Shown here: piece by piece, positions 1-14,303 of the stretch
Layout: each line of letters starts with the position of its first letter
Position numbering within the stretch: the stretch's first letter is position 1
Source of the DNA: Candidatus Electrothrix sp. GW3-4
GTDB lineage: Bacteria > Desulfobacterota > Desulfobulbia > Desulfobulbales > Desulfobulbaceae
Assembly (NCBI RefSeq): GCF_037902255.1
Contig: NZ_CP147990.1
Coordinates: forward strand, 510,001 to 542,000
Reading direction: 5' to 3'
DNA length: 32,000 nt
Notes under the pieces: generated by a model
The model's input: only the letters and a program-made list of their open reading frames with translations
Told to the model about the DNA's origin: nothing
Database searches by the model: none
Program-made: the position numbers and the translations under genes

Positions 1-2706
1 CCCTTGGTTTGCTCTGCCTTTAACGCCGACTTTGATGGCGACCAGATGGCAGTGCATCTCCCGCTGTCGGTTGAGGCCCAGGTTGAGGCCAGGGTCCTGA
101 TGATGTCCACCAATAATATCCTCTCTCCGGCCAGCGGCAGCCCCGTTATTATACCGAGTCAGGATATTGTCCTCGGTCTTTACTATATGACCAGGGAACG
201 CTACGGTGTTGCTGGTGAAGGGGCTGTTTTCAGCTCACCTGCTGAGGCGCGCATGGCTTATGACCACGGTGCAGCCCATCTCCAGGCAAGAGTGAAGGTA
301 CGTCTGAACGGTGAATTGGTTAAGACAACGGTTGGAAGAATTATTGTTGGTGAACTTCTGCCGGAACGTATTCCCTTTGCTGTGGTTAATAAGGAGCTTT
401 CCAAGAAAGAGCTGGGATTTCTGGTGGACTATACATACCGTCATGCTGGCACCAAAGATACCGTTATTCTTGCTGACCGTCTGAAAGACTTGGGATATGA
501 GCAGGCGACCAGGGCAGGGATCTCTATCTGTATTAATGATATGAAGATCCCGGTCAACAAAGAAGAATTTGTTGAGGAGTCTGAGCGCAAGGCTGCCGAG
601 GTGGATGAGCAGTATTCGGACGGTTTGATCACCGATGGTGAGAAATATAATAAGATCGTTGATATCTGGTCAAAGGCCACTGACAAAATCACCCAGGAAA
701 TGATGGAAGAAATGTCTGTGGACTATGTCAGGGACGGGGAGGGGAACCTGCGTGATTTGAAGAGCTTTAACTCCGTCTACATTATGGCCGATTCTGGTGC
801 TCGTGGTTCAAAAGACCAGATCAGGCAGTTGGCCGGTATGCGCGGGCTGATGGCAAAGCCCTCCGGTGCTATTATTGAAACACCGATTAAGGCGAATTTC
901 CGTGAAGGGCTGTCAGTTCTGGAGTACTTTATCTCAACCCACGGTGCCCGTAAAGGTCTTGCAGATACAGCGTTGAAGACAGCGAACTCCGGTTACCTGA
1001 CCAGACGATTGGTCGATGTTGCCCAGGATTCCACGATTGTGGAGAAAGACTGTGGCACCATGCGCTACACAGTTGCTGAGCCTCTCCTGGATGGTGGTGA
1101 AGTTATTGTCCGTATTGGCGAGCGAATACTCGGTCGGGTTGCCAGTGACGACATCATTGATCCACAAAACGGTGACATCATCGTTGAGATGGATGAAGAG
1201 ATCACCGAAGAGAAAGTAGAGGCCATTGAAGCTGCTGGTATTGACCGGGTGCGGATTCGTTCCGTTCTGACCTGCGAATCGCGACGGGGAGTGTGCGCGA
1301 TGTGTTACGGTCGTGATCTGGGGCGTGGCCATATGGTAAATATCGGTGAGGCGGTTGGTATCATTGCTGCCCAGTCCATTGGTGAGCCGGGTACCCAGCT
1401 GACCATGCGGACCTTCCATATCGGTGGTACGGCAAGTCGATCTATTGAGCAGGCGGAAATCCGCAGCCAGCGCTCTGGTATTGTGCGCTATAAGGAACTG
1501 CACTCGGTAACCAATGCTGCTGGCTTTGAGGTGGTCATGAACCGCAATGCTGAGATCACCATTGTGGATGACCAGAATGTAGACCGGGAACGCTTTCCTG
1601 TGCCTTACGGAGCCGAAGTCCGGGTCGCCGATGGTGAGCGGGTAGAGCCGGGTACCGTTATTGCCGATTGGGATGCCTTTTCTATTCCCATTGTTGCAGA
1701 AGTCACTGGTCGGGTGAAGTATGGCGATGTTATTGAAGGTGATACCATGCAGGAGCGTGTTGACCAGGTGACCGGTAAGGTATCCAGGGTTATTATTCAC
1801 GCCACCACGGCGAAACACTCCAGCCCGAGGATTTCTCTCAAGGACGGTCGTGGTCGGACCATTAAGCTGCTTGAAGTCGAGCATGACGCCCGCTATCCAT
1901 TGCCTGTCGGTTCCATTATTACGGTTGATGAGGGGAATGAGGTGCCAGCGGGTACTGTGGTCGCAAAGATTCCGCGTGAAACCACCAAGACCAAGGATAT
2001 TACAGGTGGTCTGCCCAGGGTTGCGGAACTCTTTGAGGTGAGGAAACCCAAAGAGCAGGCCATTGTTACAGAAATTGATGGTCGGATTAGTTTTGGGAAA
2101 GAGCTCAAAGGAAAGAGACGGGTTGTTGTCACCCCGGAAACCGGTGAACCCAGAGAATACCTGATTCCCAAGGCCAAGCATGTTACCGTGCATGAAAGCG
2201 ATTATGTCAAGGCTGGTGATGCCCTGATGGATGGATCCATTCTTCCCAACGATATCCTGAAGATTAAAGGTGAAGAAGAGTTGGCACAATTCCTTGTTGA
2301 TGAAATTCAGGAAGTGTATCGTCTTCAGGGTGTTAAAATTAATGATAAGCATATTGAAACCATTGTTCGCCAGATGTTGAAGAGGGTCAGGATCACCGAT
2401 CCAGGCGACACTAAATTTATGCTTGATCAGCTCACGGAAAAATGGATGTTTTACGATGAGAACAGACGTGTCATGGATGAGGGGCTTCAGCCTGCTTCAG
2501 CCGAACCCCAGTTACTCGGGGTCACCAAGGCATCATTGTCCACAGACTCATTTATTTCAGCTGCTTCGTTCCAGGAAACAACCAAGGTCTTGACCAATGC
2601 GGCCATGGCTGGCAAGGTTGATACCTTAGACGGCTTGAAAGAAAATGTCATTATGGGACGTTTGATTTCAGCAGGAACAGGATTGTCGAGGTATAAAATA
2701 AATTAG
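1..2706 (+). CDS. rpoC: DNA-directed RNA polymerase beta' subunit, C-terminal ~900 aa (5' end outside the window)
   Basis: The ORF is open from the window edge. It carries the catalytic [12 protein letters not shown] motif at the start and the trigger-loop/bridge-helix region ([16 protein letters not shown]). It is followed by rpsL, as in the canonical rpoBC-str arrangement. Confidence 0.98.
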   Translation, partial: PLVCSAFNADFDGDQMAVHLPLSVEAQVEARVLMMSTNNILSPASGSPVIIPSQDIVLGLYYMTRERYGVAGEGAVFSSPAEARMAYDHGAAHLQARVKVRLNGELVKTTVGRIIVGELLPERIPFAVVNKELSKKELGFLVDYTYRHAGTKDTVILADRLKDLGYEQATRAGISICINDMKIPVNKEEFVEESERKAAEVDEQYSDGLITDGEKYNKIVDIWSKATDKITQEMMEEMSVDYVRDGEGNLRDLKSFNSVYIMADSGARGSKDQIRQLAGMRGLMAKPSGAIIETPIKANFREGLSVLEYFISTHGARKGLADTALKTANSGYLTRRLVDVAQDSTIVEKDCGTMRYTVAEPLLDGGEVIVRIGERILGRVASDDIIDPQNGDIIVEMDEEITEEKVEAIEAAGIDRVRIRSVLTCESRRGVCAMCYGRDLGRGHMVNIGEAVGIIAAQSIGEPGTQLTMRTFHIGGTASRSIEQAEIRSQRSGIVRYKELHSVTNAAGFEVVMNRNAEITIVDDQNVDRERFPVPYGAEVRVADGERVEPGTVIADWDAFSIPIVAEVTGRVKYGDVIEGDTMQERVDQVTGKVSRVIIHATTAKHSSPRISLKDGRGRTIKLLEVEHDARYPLPVGSIITVDEGNEVPAGTVVAKIPRETTKTKDITGGLPRVAELFEVRKPKEQAIVTEIDGRISFGKELKGKRRVVVTPETGEPREYLIPKAKHVTVHESDYVKAGDALMDGSILPNDILKIKGEEELAQFLVDEIQEVYRLQGVKINDKHIETIVRQMLKRVRITDPGDTKFMLDQLTEKWMFYDENRRVMDEGLQPASAEPQLLGVTKASLSTDSFISAASFQETTKVLTNAAMAGKVDTLDGLKENVIMGRLISAGTGLSRYKIN

Positions 2707-2725
2707 ACATCATGATTGTTTTTGC

Positions 2726-2754
2726 TTGACGTTGTGTGTTGAAGATGATAGAAT
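2726..2754 (+). promoter_or_regulatory. Sigma70-like promoter for the str operon (TTGACG-17 nt-TAGAAT)
   Basis: TTGACG at 2726-2731, a 17-nt spacer, and TAGAAT at 2749-2754. It lies in the rpoC-rpsL intergenic region, about 64 nt upstream of the rpsL ATG. Confidence 0.55.
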
Positions 2755-2817
2755 CTCCTTCTGTTGCTTTTTGCACAGATAGAGGTAGTGTATATTTTAT
2801 TGAAAAGGTAAGGGAAG

Positions 2818-3189
2818 ATGCCCACAATTAATCAGCTCGTTAGGAAAAGAAGGAAAAAGCAGGTTAAGCGTTCAGATACGCCTGCGCTGCAGAATTGTCC
2901 GCAAAGGCGTGGCGTCTGTGTTCGTGTCTATACGACGACCCCTAAGAAGCCGAACTCTGCTTTGCGTAAGGTTGCCAGGGTGAGGTTGACGAACGGACTT
3001 GAGGTTACCTCGTATATACCTGGTATAGGGCATAACTTGCAGGAGCACTCCGTTGTTTTGGTTCGTGGCGGTCGGGTGAAGGATCTGCCTGGTGTTCGTT
3101 ATCATATTGTGCGTGGAACATTGGATGCTTTGGGTGTGAGTGATCGAAAGCAGGGGCGGTCTAAATATGGCGCGAAGCGTCCTAAATAG
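2818..3189 (+). CDS. rpsL: 30S ribosomal protein S12
   Basis: [13 protein letters not shown]... and [19 protein letters not shown] are S12 hallmark sequences. An AAGG/GGGAAG RBS lies upstream. Confidence 0.98.
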   Translation: MPTINQLVRKRRKKQVKRSDTPALQNCPQRRGVCVRVYTTTPKKPNSALRKVARVRLTNGLEVTSYIPGIGHNLQEHSVVLVRGGRVKDLPGVRYHIVRGTLDALGVSDRKQGRSKYGAKRPK

Positions 3190-3220
3190 CTATTTGTAAT
3201 ATTTATCGGGGTGTAAGGCT

Positions 3221-3694
3221 ATGCCGAGAAAGAAGTTGCAGGACAAGCGTGCTGTCGAGGCCGATCCGAGGTATAATTCTGTTTTGGTGTCCAGGTTTAC
3301 GAACGGTCTGATGCTGGATGGGAAAAAGACTCTGGCTCGGCGGATGTTTTATGACGCGATGGCAGTTGTAGAGGAGAAGGTTTCGGATGAAGAGCCGTTG
3401 GCCGTTTTTGAGGCTGCAATGGAGAACGTTCGTCCGAGGGTTGAGGTGAAAAGTCGCCGTGTCGGTGGCGCGACCTATCAGGTGCCTGTTGAGGTTCGTC
3501 CTGATCGTCGTAATGCCTTGGCTATTCGTTGGATTATCAGCTTTGCAAAGAGTCGTTCTGGTCGCTCTATGGCGGACAAGCTCGCTGCTGAATTGATGGA
3601 TGCCTATAATAATAGAGGGGCGTCGGTCAAGAAGCGTGACGATACTCATAAGATGGCTGAGGCGAATAAAGCCTTTGCTCATTATCGCTGGTAG
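3221..3694 (+). CDS. rpsG: 30S ribosomal protein S7
   Basis: 157 aa. It ends ...KAFAHYRW, typical of S7, and sits between rpsL and fusA. Confidence 0.97.
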   Translation: MPRKKLQDKRAVEADPRYNSVLVSRFTNGLMLDGKKTLARRMFYDAMAVVEEKVSDEEPLAVFEAAMENVRPRVEVKSRRVGGATYQVPVEVRPDRRNALAIRWIISFAKSRSGRSMADKLAAELMDAYNNRGASVKKRDDTHKMAEANKAFAHYRW

Positions 3695-3752
3695 TCTCTG
3701 TTTCTCTTTTGGCTGGGTAGGTAAGCTAGGAAATAAACATGTAGGGTGACCT

Positions 3753-5831
<2,079 letters not shown>

Positions 5832-5854
5832 TTTAAGAGCAAGAGGTAAGGCAG

Positions 5855-7045
5855 ATGGCTAAAGAAAAATTTGAGCGGACAAAGCCGCATGTCAATGTTG
5901 GAACCATCGGTCATATTGATCATGGTAAGACGACCCTGACAGCGGCGATCACACGAGTATTGGCAACCAAGGGGCAGGCAGATTTTACTGATTTTAGTGA
6001 TATCGATAAGGCGCCTGAAGAGAAAGAGCGTGGAATTACCATTGCAACAGCTCATGTCGAGTATGAGAGCGAGGGGCGTCATTACGCGCATGTAGACTGT
6101 CCTGGTCATGCTGATTATATCAAGAATATGATTACCGGTGCTGCTCAGATGGACGGCGCAATTCTTGTTGTTGCTGCTACTGACGGTCCTATGCCGCAGA
6201 CTCGCGAGCATATCCTGCTGGCGCGTCAGGTCGGTGTTCCGGCTATGGTTGTCTTTCTGAACAAGTGCGATCAGGTTGATGATGAAGAGTTGATTGAGCT
6301 GGTTGAGATGGAGCTTCGTGAGTTGCTGGATAAGTATGATTTTCCTGGTGACGATACCCCGATCATTCAGGGGTCTGCTCTGGAAGCGCTGGAGAATCCC
6401 GAAGATGAGGCTAAGTCCAAATGCATTTGGGAGCTGATTGAGTCTGTTGATTCCTGGGTCCCGGAACCTGAGCGTGATGTAGATAAGCCTTTCCTGATGC
6501 CGGTTGAGGATGTCTTTTCTATCTCTGGTCGTGGTACTGTTGCAACCGGTCGTGTTGAGAGCGGTGTGATTCACGTTGGTGATGAGATTGAGATCGTTGG
6601 TATTCGTGAGACCCAGAAGACTACCATTACCGGGGTGGAGATGTTTCGCAAGATCCTTGATGAAGGTCAGGCTGGCGATAACATCGGTGCTCTGCTACGT
6701 GGAACCAAGCGTGAAGAGGTTGTTCGTGGTCAGGTTCTTGCCGCACCTGGTTCTATCACTCCGCATAAGAAGTTCAAGGCAGAGTGCTATATTCTGACAA
6801 AAGAAGAGGGTGGCCGTCACACCCCGTTTTTTAACGGTTACCGGCCCCAGTTCTATTTCCGTACCACCGATGTGACAGGCGTTTGTACGCTTGAGGAAGG
6901 TGTGGAGATGGTTATGCCTGGTGATAATATCCATATCACAGGAGAGCTGATAACGCCTATCGCTATGCAGGAAGGACTTCGTTTCGCTATCCGCGAGGGC
7001 GGCCGTACAGTAGGTGCTGGCGTGATCAGCGAAATTATTGAGTAA
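5855..7045 (+). CDS. tuf: Elongation factor Tu
   Basis: [41 protein letters not shown] and NKCD motifs. 396 aa. Confidence 0.99.
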   Translation: MAKEKFERTKPHVNVGTIGHIDHGKTTLTAAITRVLATKGQADFTDFSDIDKAPEEKERGITIATAHVEYESEGRHYAHVDCPGHADYIKNMITGAAQMDGAILVVAATDGPMPQTREHILLARQVGVPAMVVFLNKCDQVDDEELIELVEMELRELLDKYDFPGDDTPIIQGSALEALENPEDEAKSKCIWELIESVDSWVPEPERDVDKPFLMPVEDVFSISGRGTVATGRVESGVIHVGDEIEIVGIRETQKTTITGVEMFRKILDEGQAGDNIGALLRGTKREEVVRGQVLAAPGSITPHKKFKAECYILTKEEGGRHTPFFNGYRPQFYFRTTDVTGVCTLEEGVEMVMPGDNIHITGELITPIAMQEGLRFAIREGGRTVGAGVISEIIE

Positions 7046-7054
7046 GAGGAAAAA

Positions 7055-7369
7055 ATGATCCCCACAGATAAAATTCGCATCAGACTGAAAGGGTATGATT
7101 ATAAATTACTTGATCAGTCGACTCGTGAAATAGTTGAGACAGCCAGAAGAACCGGTGCAACAGTTGCCGGTCCGATTCCGTTGCCTACAAGTATCAATAA
7201 ATATACGGTATTACGATCACCGCATGTGGACAAGAAGTCCCGTGAGCAGTTTGAGATGCGAACTCACCGGCGGTTGCTTGATATTCTTGAGCCGACCCAG
7301 CAGACAATAGATTCTTTAATGAAGCTTCAGCTGTCAGCCGGTGTTGATGTGGAGATCAAGCTGCCGTAG
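7055..7369 (+). CDS. rpsJ: 30S ribosomal protein S10
   Basis: 104 aa with [14 protein letters not shown]...[16 protein letters not shown]. Starts 9 nt after tuf. Confidence 0.97.
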   Translation: MIPTDKIRIRLKGYDYKLLDQSTREIVETARRTGATVAGPIPLPTSINKYTVLRSPHVDKKSREQFEMRTHRRLLDILEPTQQTIDSLMKLQLSAGVDVEIKLP

Positions 7370-7445
7370 CCGCTCTTTGTTACAATGTGCCAAAGATCAG
7401 ATCAGCGTGAATCGCTTTGAATAGAGTTAGCATACAGGTAAACAA

Positions 7446-8078
7446 ATGCCGAATACAAATGGAATACTGGGGCGGAAAGTAGGAATGACCCGAGTCTATA
7501 ATGAAATGGGACGGTCTATTTCTGTTACCGTGATCGAAGCTGGCCCCTGTAAGGTATTGCAGAAAAAAACTGAAGGCAAGGAGGGCTATAACGCCATCCA
7601 GGTCGGTTTTTTGGAGAAAAAAGAGTCCAGATTGAACAAGCCCGAAGCCGGACATTTTAAGCGATCAGGCGGAACCGGCTATTATCACGTTCGAGAATTT
7701 CGGGTAACTGAGCCGGATACCTATGAAATCGGTCAGGAAATCACTTTGGCTGAGGTTGTAAAGATCGGAGATCGTGTCGATGTTACCGGGAAGACCAAGG
7801 GGCGCGGATATCAGGGTGTTATGAAACGGTACGGCTTCGGAGGTGGTAAGGCCTCTCATGGCTCTGGTTTTCACAGAGCGCCCGGTTCAATCGGCTGTAG
7901 TGCATATCCTGGACGCGTGGTCAAGGGAAAAAAGCTGCCGGGACACATGGGGACTGATAAAAAAACAGTGAAGAACCTTACGGTGGTTGATGTTCGCGAA
8001 GATGAGAACATCCTTCTGGTCCAGGGTGCGGTCCCCGGCGCTAAAAACGGTTTGGTCAGCATTTATACCAAGGCCTAA
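7446..8078 (+). CDS. rplC: 50S ribosomal protein L3
   Basis: GILGRKVGMTRVY... and KGRGYQGVMKR motifs. 210 aa. Confidence 0.97.
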   Translation: MPNTNGILGRKVGMTRVYNEMGRSISVTVIEAGPCKVLQKKTEGKEGYNAIQVGFLEKKESRLNKPEAGHFKRSGGTGYYHVREFRVTEPDTYEIGQEITLAEVVKIGDRVDVTGKTKGRGYQGVMKRYGFGGGKASHGSGFHRAPGSIGCSAYPGRVVKGKKLPGHMGTDKKTVKNLTVVDVREDENILLVQGAVPGAKNGLVSIYTKA

Positions 8079-8107
8079 GTGCTTAAGGTGTCTGCAAGGA
8101 GATACTC

Positions 8108-8731
8108 ATGTCAGTTTGTGATGTAGTGAATACCTCGGCTGAAAAGGTCGCGGAAATAGAAGTAAATGATAATTTGTTCGGTGTCGAGGTCGATACAGGA
8201 ATACTCCATGAGGTAGTCTGTATGCAGCGCGCCAATAGGCGCCGGGGAACCGCCTCGACAAAGACAAGAGGTGAGGTTCGCGGCGGCGGAGCAAAGCCGT
8301 GGCGTCAGAAAGGAACAGGTAGGGCCAGAGCCGGAAGTAATACTTCCCCGGTATGGCGCGGCGGTGGCACGACCTTCGGGCCAAAGCCGAGAGATTACAG
8401 CTACTCTATGCCGAAAAAGGTTCGCCGTCTGGCATTGCGCATGGCCCTTTCAGCTCGTATGAGTGAAGGCAATCTGGTCATCCTTGATCAATTTGCTATG
8501 GATGCTCCCAAGACAAAAGACTTTGTCAACGTGATGAAGAATTTTGATTTTGATTGCTGCCTTATTGTAACTGTTGAGGGAGAAGGTAATCTTCAGCTTT
8601 CTGCACGTAATGCAGTGGGGTATAAGACATTGCCTGTTGCTGGACTGAATGTGTACGATATTTTAAAGTATCCGAAATTGATGGTAATCCAGTCAAGTCT
8701 GGAACAGCTTGAAACGAGGCTGATGGTATGA
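8108..8731 (+). CDS. rplD: 50S ribosomal protein L4
   Basis: KPWRQKGTGRARAGS...WRGGG..FGPKPRDY motif. 207 aa. Confidence 0.97.
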   Translation: MSVCDVVNTSAEKVAEIEVNDNLFGVEVDTGILHEVVCMQRANRRRGTASTKTRGEVRGGGAKPWRQKGTGRARAGSNTSPVWRGGGTTFGPKPRDYSYSMPKKVRRLALRMALSARMSEGNLVILDQFAMDAPKTKDFVNVMKNFDFDCCLIVTVEGEGNLQLSARNAVGYKTLPVAGLNVYDILKYPKLMVIQSSLEQLETRLMV

Positions 8732-9018
8732 AAATACTCCATAATATAGTGAAGGGTCCTTGTCTGACCGAGAAGTCCAATCGCCTGCAGGAAGCTCACG
8801 GCTTAATCGTTTTCAAGGTTGATTCGAGAGCGAATAAAATAGAGATTGGTCAGGCTGTTGAGCAAATGTTTGATGTGAAAGTTGCCTCAGTCAGAACCAC
8901 TATGGTGCGCGGGAAGAAGAAAAGGGTCGGGCTGAAATCTGTCGGCCGAACCAGTGACTGGAAAAAGGCTTATATCACTTTGTCTGAAGGCGAGATTGAT
9001 TTTCTTGCTGAGCTGTAG
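8728..9018 (+). CDS. rplW: 50S ribosomal protein L23
   Basis: ATGA start/stop overlap with rplD. 96 aa, L23-like (LTEKS...FKV...ANK.EI..AVE..F.VKV), in conserved order. Confidence 0.95.
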   Translation: MKILHNIVKGPCLTEKSNRLQEAHGLIVFKVDSRANKIEIGQAVEQMFDVKVASVRTTMVRGKKKRVGLKSVGRTSDWKKAYITLSEGEIDFLAEL

Positions 9019-9083
9019 AACATAGCGATTCCTTTTTATTTTGGACGAGTAAGAGTGTAAAGCTTTAGATAACGGAAGGAAAA

Positions 9084-9905
9084 ATGGCAATTAAGACCCA
9101 TAAACCGACATCACCGGGCAAAAGGCATCATGTATCGATTCTGCAGTCCGATCTCTCTGATAAAGGTCCGGAAAAAAGCCTTCTTGCGCCTTTGAAAAAA
9201 TCAGGCGGTAGAAATAATTATGGACGGATCACCTCAAGGCATAGAGGTGGCGGTCATAAGCGACGGTACCGCATCATTGACTGGAAAAGAAATAAGACCG
9301 GTATCGCGGCCAAGGTGACGGCAATTGAATATGATCCGAACAGATCTGCAAATATTGCACTTTTAATCTATACGGACGGTGAAAAGTCGTATATATTGGC
9401 TCCTGCCGGTATTCAGGTCGGTGATCTTTTGATGGCTGGCAATGAAGCAGATATCAAGCCTGGTAACTGCATGCCAATGAGCAGTATTCCCTTGGGTACC
9501 ATTATTCATAATGTCGAGATGAAGATCGGCAAAGGTGCTCAGATGGTACGTTCCGCTGGAGCGTCAGCACAGCTCATGGCAAAAGAAGGTGATTATGTCC
9601 TCGTTAAATTACCTTCAGGCGAAGTACGAAAATTTAACAAGCAATGCCGAGCCTGCATCGGATCTGTAGGAAACTCAGAGCACGGAAGTCAAAAACTTGG
9701 TAAAGCCGGACGTTCCCGATGGAAAGGACGCCGGCCTTCAGTTCGCGGCGTGGCAATGAACCCGATTGATCATCCTATGGGCGGTGGTGAAGGAAAGAGT
9801 TCTGGTGGACGACATCCATGTACCCCGTGGGGTATGCCGACCAAGGGCTTTAAGACTCGTAAGCGTAAAGGCTCTGATCGCGACATCGTGACCAAGCGCA
9901 AGTAA
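9084..9905 (+). CDS. rplB: 50S ribosomal protein L2
   Basis: [15 protein letters not shown]..., GGGHKRRYR and [13 protein letters not shown] motifs. 273 aa. Confidence 0.98.
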   Translation: MAIKTHKPTSPGKRHHVSILQSDLSDKGPEKSLLAPLKKSGGRNNYGRITSRHRGGGHKRRYRIIDWKRNKTGIAAKVTAIEYDPNRSANIALLIYTDGEKSYILAPAGIQVGDLLMAGNEADIKPGNCMPMSSIPLGTIIHNVEMKIGKGAQMVRSAGASAQLMAKEGDYVLVKLPSGEVRKFNKQCRACIGSVGNSEHGSQKLGKAGRSRWKGRRPSVRGVAMNPIDHPMGGGEGKSSGGRHPCTPWGMPTKGFKTRKRKGSDRDIVTKRK

Positions 9906-9922
9906 ATCAGGAGAATTTCACA

Positions 9923-10198
9923 ATGCCACGTTCAATTAAGAAAGGTCCTTTTGTTGATGACCACCTGATGAAAAAGGTGGAGAATGCACAAGAGTCCGGG
10001 TCTCGTAAGGTCATTAAGACATGGTCTAGGCGCTCTGACATTATTCCAGATATGGTGGGACTCACCTTTGCTGTGCATAACGGCAAAAAATTTATCCCGG
10101 TCTATATTTCGGAAAATATGGTGGGTCATAAGCTGGGCGAGTTTTCCCCTACCAGAACCTATTACGGTCATGCAGCAGATAGAAAAGGCAAGCGCTAA
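9923..10198 (+). CDS. rpsS: 30S ribosomal protein S19
   Basis: [19 protein letters not shown]...TWSRRS...HNGKKFIPV...MVGHKLGEF. 91 aa. Confidence 0.98.
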   Translation: MPRSIKKGPFVDDHLMKKVENAQESGSRKVIKTWSRRSDIIPDMVGLTFAVHNGKKFIPVYISENMVGHKLGEFSPTRTYYGHAADRKGKR

Positions 10199-10250
10199 GA
10201 ATAGCTTGTAATTATCAGCTCCAAACAAGATTACGATCAGGAGTACGACG

Positions 10251-10583
10251 ATGGAAACGAGAGCCGTCGCTAAATATATACGAATATCTCCGCAGAAGGC
10301 GAGGCTTGTTGCTGATGTTGTGCGGGGAAAAGATGTAGAAACTGCACTCACCACCCTGCGTTTTATGCCGAAAAAGGCAGCAAAAATCTTACGCAAGGTT
10401 TTGGAGTCAGCAGTTGCTAATGCCGAACAGACAGAAACCATTGATGTTGATACTCTGTATGTAAAAGAGATCCAGATCAATGGCGGACCGATGCTGAAAA
10501 GGTTTCGACCCCGTGCTATGGGAAGGGCCACTAGGATATTGAAACGGACCAGCCACATTACAGTGGTTGTTGATGAGGCCTAA
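10251..10583 (+). CDS. rplV: 50S ribosomal protein L22
   Basis: 110 aa. [16 protein letters not shown] and [18 protein letters not shown] are typical of L22. Confidence 0.97.
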   Translation: METRAVAKYIRISPQKARLVADVVRGKDVETALTTLRFMPKKAAKILRKVLESAVANAEQTETIDVDTLYVKEIQINGGPMLKRFRPRAMGRATRILKRTSHITVVVDEA

Positions 10584-10640
10584 ACCAGGGCCGCTCTTTG
10601 AGTCTTTGAGATTAACTGTATAGGGAAACGGAGGGATACC

Positions 10641-11288
10641 TTGGGACAGAAAGTCAATCCCATAGGACTGCGGCTCAATATTACCAGAACATGGGATTCG
10701 ATCTGGTACGCTGATAAAGATTATGCCGCCAACCTGTATCAGGATCAGCAGATACGCAAGTATTTGAAGAAGAAGTTGTACCATGCCGGAATCGCGCGCA
10801 TCGTTATTGAGCGCACCGGTGAGAAGGTACGGGTTAAGCTGCATACGGCACGTCCGGGGATAGTTATCGGCAAAAAAGGGGCCGAAATTGAAAATCTGAA
10901 GCGCGATCTTGAGCAGAAGTTTGGCCGTGAGTGCATGATAGATATTCAAGAAGTGCGACGCCCTGAAGCCGATGCTCAGCTTGTTGCGGAAAGCATTGCT
11001 ACCCAGCTGGAACGTCGTATCGCCTTCAGAAGGGCCATGAAAAAGGCTATTAGTTCAGCCCTTCGTTTTGGAGTAAAAGGAATCAAGATTTCTTGCGCTG
11101 GTCGTCTTGGCGGAGCTGAAATGTCCAGAACTGAGTGGTTTAAAGAGGGGCGTGTTCCCCTGCACACACTACGTGCAGATATTGATTACGGTACTGCTGA
11201 AGCCAGTACAACGTATGGAATAATCGGTGTAAAAGTGTGGATCTTTAAAGGCGAAGTATTAGCAGATAGTGAAATATCTCAGGACTGA
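10641..11288 (+). CDS. rpsC: 30S ribosomal protein S3
   Basis: TTG start giving [14 protein letters not shown]-domain [12 protein letters not shown] is present. 215 aa. Confidence 0.96.
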   Translation: MGQKVNPIGLRLNITRTWDSIWYADKDYAANLYQDQQIRKYLKKKLYHAGIARIVIERTGEKVRVKLHTARPGIVIGKKGAEIENLKRDLEQKFGRECMIDIQEVRRPEADAQLVAESIATQLERRIAFRRAMKKAISSALRFGVKGIKISCAGRLGGAEMSRTEWFKEGRVPLHTLRADIDYGTAEASTTYGIIGVKVWIFKGEVLADSEISQD

Positions 11289-11324
11289 TCAGTGCGGAGA
11301 TAATATCTAACAGGTGTTATAAAA

Positions 11325-11741
11325 ATGTTAAGTCCACGCAAGGTAAAACATAGAAAACAGCATAAGGGCAGAATGCGGGGAGAAGCTCAGCGCGGATCCC
11401 AGATAGCATTTGGTGATTATGCGTTGAAGGCTGTAGGCTGCGGTCGCATGACTGCTCAGCAGATAGAATCCGCTCGTATTGCGATTAATCGTAAGGTTAA
11501 ACGTGGTGGTAAGATGTGGATTCGAGTTTTTCCGGCAAAATCCATTACAAAGAAACCTGCTGAGACCCGTATGGGTAAGGGTAAAGGTTCTCCTGAATAT
11601 TGGGTATGTGTTATTCGTCCCGGAAAGATTCTCTATGAGCTGAAAGGCGTACCTGAGGATGTTGCCAAAGAGGCTCTCAGGCTGGCCGGATACAAGCTGC
11701 CGTTTCCGACGAAGGTTATTACAAGGAGAGACAGCATATGA
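11325..11741 (+). CDS. rplP: 50S ribosomal protein L16
   Basis: [17 protein letters not shown]... and [15 protein letters not shown]. 138 aa. Confidence 0.98.
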   Translation: MLSPRKVKHRKQHKGRMRGEAQRGSQIAFGDYALKAVGCGRMTAQQIESARIAINRKVKRGGKMWIRVFPAKSITKKPAETRMGKGKGSPEYWVCVIRPGKILYELKGVPEDVAKEALRLAGYKLPFPTKVITRRDSI

Positions 11742-11929
11742 AGGCAAGTGAATTGCGTCAGATGAGTGGCGAGGAGCTGAGAAAAAAAGAACTTGATCTT
11801 CGTGAAGATCTTTTTAAACTCCAGTTTCAGCATAAGATCAGATCGTTGGAAAATCCAGCCCGTTTGCGCCAGATTCGCAAGGATATAGCGAGAGTGCAGA
11901 CCGTCCTGACTGAGCAGGTACAGGCGTAA
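11738..11929 (+). CDS. rpmC: 50S ribosomal protein L29
   Basis: ATGA overlap with rplP. 63 aa, ELR..S.EEL...L.LR.ELF.LRFQ pattern. Confidence 0.95.
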   Translation: MKASELRQMSGEELRKKELDLREDLFKLQFQHKIRSLENPARLRQIRKDIARVQTVLTEQVQA

Positions 11930-11966
11930 ACGTCCTGTTAGAATAAATACAGCATTGGATCATAAG

Positions 11967-12227
11967 ATGACTGAAGAGCACAGGCCTAAAAAGACACAAT
12001 TAGGTTATGTAAAAAGTAACAGCATGGATAAAACGGTCGTCGTTCTTGTAGAGCGAAAGGTCCGTCATAAACTGTATGGGAAATATATTCGCCGTCATGT
12101 GAAATATATGGTTCACGATGCAGTTAATGAATGTCAAGTTGGAGATACTGTACTTATAGAAGAATGTCGTCCGCTTTCAAAGAATAAGCGTTGGTTTGTT
12201 AAAACGATAATCCAACGTGCTGTCTGA
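11967..12227 (+). CDS. rpsQ: 30S ribosomal protein S17
   Basis: I start at the ATG at 11967 (MTEEHRPKK...); the track uses a TTG at 11955. [19 protein letters not shown] and [10 protein letters not shown] are S17 motifs. Confidence 0.93.
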   Translation: MTEEHRPKKTQLGYVKSNSMDKTVVVLVERKVRHKLYGKYIRRHVKYMVHDAVNECQVGDTVLIEECRPLSKNKRWFVKTIIQRAV

Positions 12228-12270
12228 TTGACAGACCACTTTGACAGGAACGATTTAATCAGGTGATACC

Positions 12271-12639
12271 ATGATTCAGACAGAAACACTGCTGAATGTC
12301 GCAGACAACTCCGGAGCCAAGAAGGTTCTCTGTATTAGAGTACTTGGAGGGAGTAAGCGTCGCTATGCGAGTATCGGCGATGTCATAGTAGTAACAGTAA
12401 AGGAAGCCATACCGCATGCCAAGGTCAAGAAGGGTGATGTGCTTGATGCTGTAGTAGTGCGGACATCCAAGGCGATCAGTCGTCCTGAGGATACCACTGT
12501 TCGTTTTGATGATAATGCGGCAGTTTTGCTTTCAGGAAACGGTGAACCGATAGGGACACGTATTTTCGGCCCGGTTGCCCGTGAATTGCGGTCACTTGGA
12601 TTTATGAAGATTATATCTCTTGCACCGGAAGTACTGTAG
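12271..12639 (+). CDS. rplN: 50S ribosomal protein L14
   Basis: [28 protein letters not shown]. 122 aa. Confidence 0.98.
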   Translation: MIQTETLLNVADNSGAKKVLCIRVLGGSKRRYASIGDVIVVTVKEAIPHAKVKKGDVLDAVVVRTSKAISRPEDTTVRFDDNAAVLLSGNGEPIGTRIFGPVARELRSLGFMKIISLAPEVL

Positions 12640-12680
12640 AGAAAAGCTTACTGATGCAGGTTACGACACGAGGTAGGAAG

Positions 12681-13019
12681 ATGCGGCAGGGACAGACAAG
12701 TTTACTGATAAATGACCAGGTAGAGGTAATTACCGGTAAAGATAAGGGGCGGGTTGGTAAGATACTGAGAATAGACAGAGCAGCTAATCGAGCGTTTGTT
12801 GAACGCATCAATATGATCAAAAAGCATCAAAAACCCGTAGATGCTCAGCAACCCGGCGAGATCATTGAGCGTGAAGCTTCCATTCATATTTCAAATCTTA
12901 TGCTTGTCTGCCCTGAATGCGCAAAAACAGTGCGAATCGGTAAGAAGATACTGGAAGACGGAGTTAAGGTGCGGATGTGCAAAAGCTGTGGTGCTACCCT
13001 GGAAAAATCCAAGAAGTAA
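12681..13019 (+). CDS. rplX: 50S ribosomal protein L24
   Basis: KOW motif [13 protein letters not shown]. The ATG at 12681 follows a GAGGTAGGAAG RBS. The track ATG at 12654 is a possible alternative start. Confidence 0.9.
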   Translation: MRQGQTSLLINDQVEVITGKDKGRVGKILRIDRAANRAFVERINMIKKHQKPVDAQQPGEIIEREASIHISNLMLVCPECAKTVRIGKKILEDGVKVRMCKSCGATLEKSKK

Positions 13020-13055
13020 GTAATCTGCTGCTGGTTACGGAACGGAGAAAATGAT

Positions 13056-13616
13056 ATGGGGACAATGAAAGAACTGTATGAGAGTGAGTGTATACCACAG
13101 CTCAAGGAAACGTTTGGCTATTCAAATAAATTTGAACTACCCAAGATTGAGAAAATAGTTCTTAATATGGGACTCGGTGAGGCAGTACAGAATCCAAAGA
13201 TTGTTGAGAAAGCTGCTCATGAGTTGACATTGATTGCCGGGCAGAAGGCGGTTGTCACGAGGGCCAGGAAGTCTATCGCTACCTTCAAGTTGCGTGAAGG
13301 AATGCCGATCGGAGCTCGTGTAACCCTCCGGCAGGAGAGAATGTATGATTTTCTATCCAAGCTTATAAATATTGCTTTGCCCCGGGTTCGGGATTTTCGT
13401 GGAATATCTCCCAAGGGGTTTGATGGCAATGGTAATTTTTCCATGGGAATTAAAGAGCATATTATCTTCCCTGAGGTTGATTACGATAAGATTGACAAGA
13501 TCAGAGGCTTGAACATCTCATTTGTTACCAACGCCAAAACTGATGAAGAGGGACGTACCTTGCTGAAGATGCTGGGTATGCCGTTTAAAGAACAAAAAAA
13601 CAGCACTGACCAATAA
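13056..13616 (+). CDS. rplE: 50S ribosomal protein L5
   Basis: L5-like ([15 protein letters not shown]...RDFRGIS.K.FDG.GN...G). GGAG lies 8 nt upstream of the ATG. Confidence 0.96.
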   Translation: MGTMKELYESECIPQLKETFGYSNKFELPKIEKIVLNMGLGEAVQNPKIVEKAAHELTLIAGQKAVVTRARKSIATFKLREGMPIGARVTLRQERMYDFLSKLINIALPRVRDFRGISPKGFDGNGNFSMGIKEHIIFPEVDYDKIDKIRGLNISFVTNAKTDEEGRTLLKMLGMPFKEQKNSTDQ

Positions 13617-13642
13617 GGGTTATACACAGCAGGGAGCATTCA

Positions 13643-13828
13643 ATGGCAAAAAAATCACTGATTGCCAAAGCGGGCCGTAAACCGAAATTTAAGGTGCGCT
13701 CATATAATCGATGTCAATTGTGCGGGCGCCCACGGGCTTACCTGAGAAAGTTTGGATGTTGCAGGCTTTGCTTTCGTAAACTTGCGTCTGAAGGAAAGAT
13801 TACCGGGGTAACAAAATCAAGTTGGTAA
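13643..13828 (+). CDS. rpsN: 30S ribosomal protein S14, short zinc-ribbon (type Z) form
   Basis: 61 aa with [22 protein letters not shown] (CxxC...CxxC). Confidence 0.96.
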   Translation: MAKKSLIAKAGRKPKFKVRSYNRCQLCGRPRAYLRKFGCCRLCFRKLASEGKITGVTKSSW

Positions 13829-13878
13829 TCCGGTCAATGAAATTTTCACAAACGACTATTTAACAGAGGTGTATGTAG

Positions 13879-14277
13879 ATGTCTATGAGTGATCCGTTGG
13901 CGGATTTTCTAACTCGTATTAGAAACGGTATCCAAGCCAACTTTACATCGGTTGATATCCCCTTGTCTAACCTTAAGGTCAGAGTTGCAGATGTCCTGAA
14001 AAAAGAAGGATATATTGCTGATTATCATGTTGATGAGCAGGGTGTGCAAGGTACCTTGACGGTAGATCTTAAATACGGTCCGAATAACGAAAAGGTGATA
14101 ACCGGTATTCGCCGGGCCTCCAAGCCAGGTCTTCGTCAATATAAAAAGAGCGATGCAATTCCCCAGGTGATGAGTGGGTTGGGAGTCGCAATTTTGTCGA
14201 CTTCTCATGGAGTGGTCTCCGACCGTGAAGCAAGAAAGCTGAACGTGGGTGGTGAGCTTCTCTGTGAAGTCTGGTAA
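13879..14277 (+). CDS. rpsH: 30S ribosomal protein S8
   Basis: SDPLADFLTRIRNG at the N-terminus and GGELLCEVW at the C-terminus. 132 aa. Confidence 0.97.
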   Translation: MSMSDPLADFLTRIRNGIQANFTSVDIPLSNLKVRVADVLKKEGYIADYHVDEQGVQGTLTVDLKYGPNNEKVITGIRRASKPGLRQYKKSDAIPQVMSGLGVAILSTSHGVVSDREARKLNVGGELLCEVW

Positions 14278-14303
14278 CTTGCTCTTGTTCAGGAGGAACA
14301 ACT

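Noticed and set aside
934-2352. 472-aa ORF antisense to rpoC
   Set aside because: It lies entirely inside the strongly supported rpoC frame. The translation is low-complexity with no motifs. This is a typical shadow ORF of a long gene.
9932-10558. 208-aa ORF antisense to rpsS and rplV
   Set aside because: Same reasoning: it spans two conserved r-protein genes on the opposite strand.
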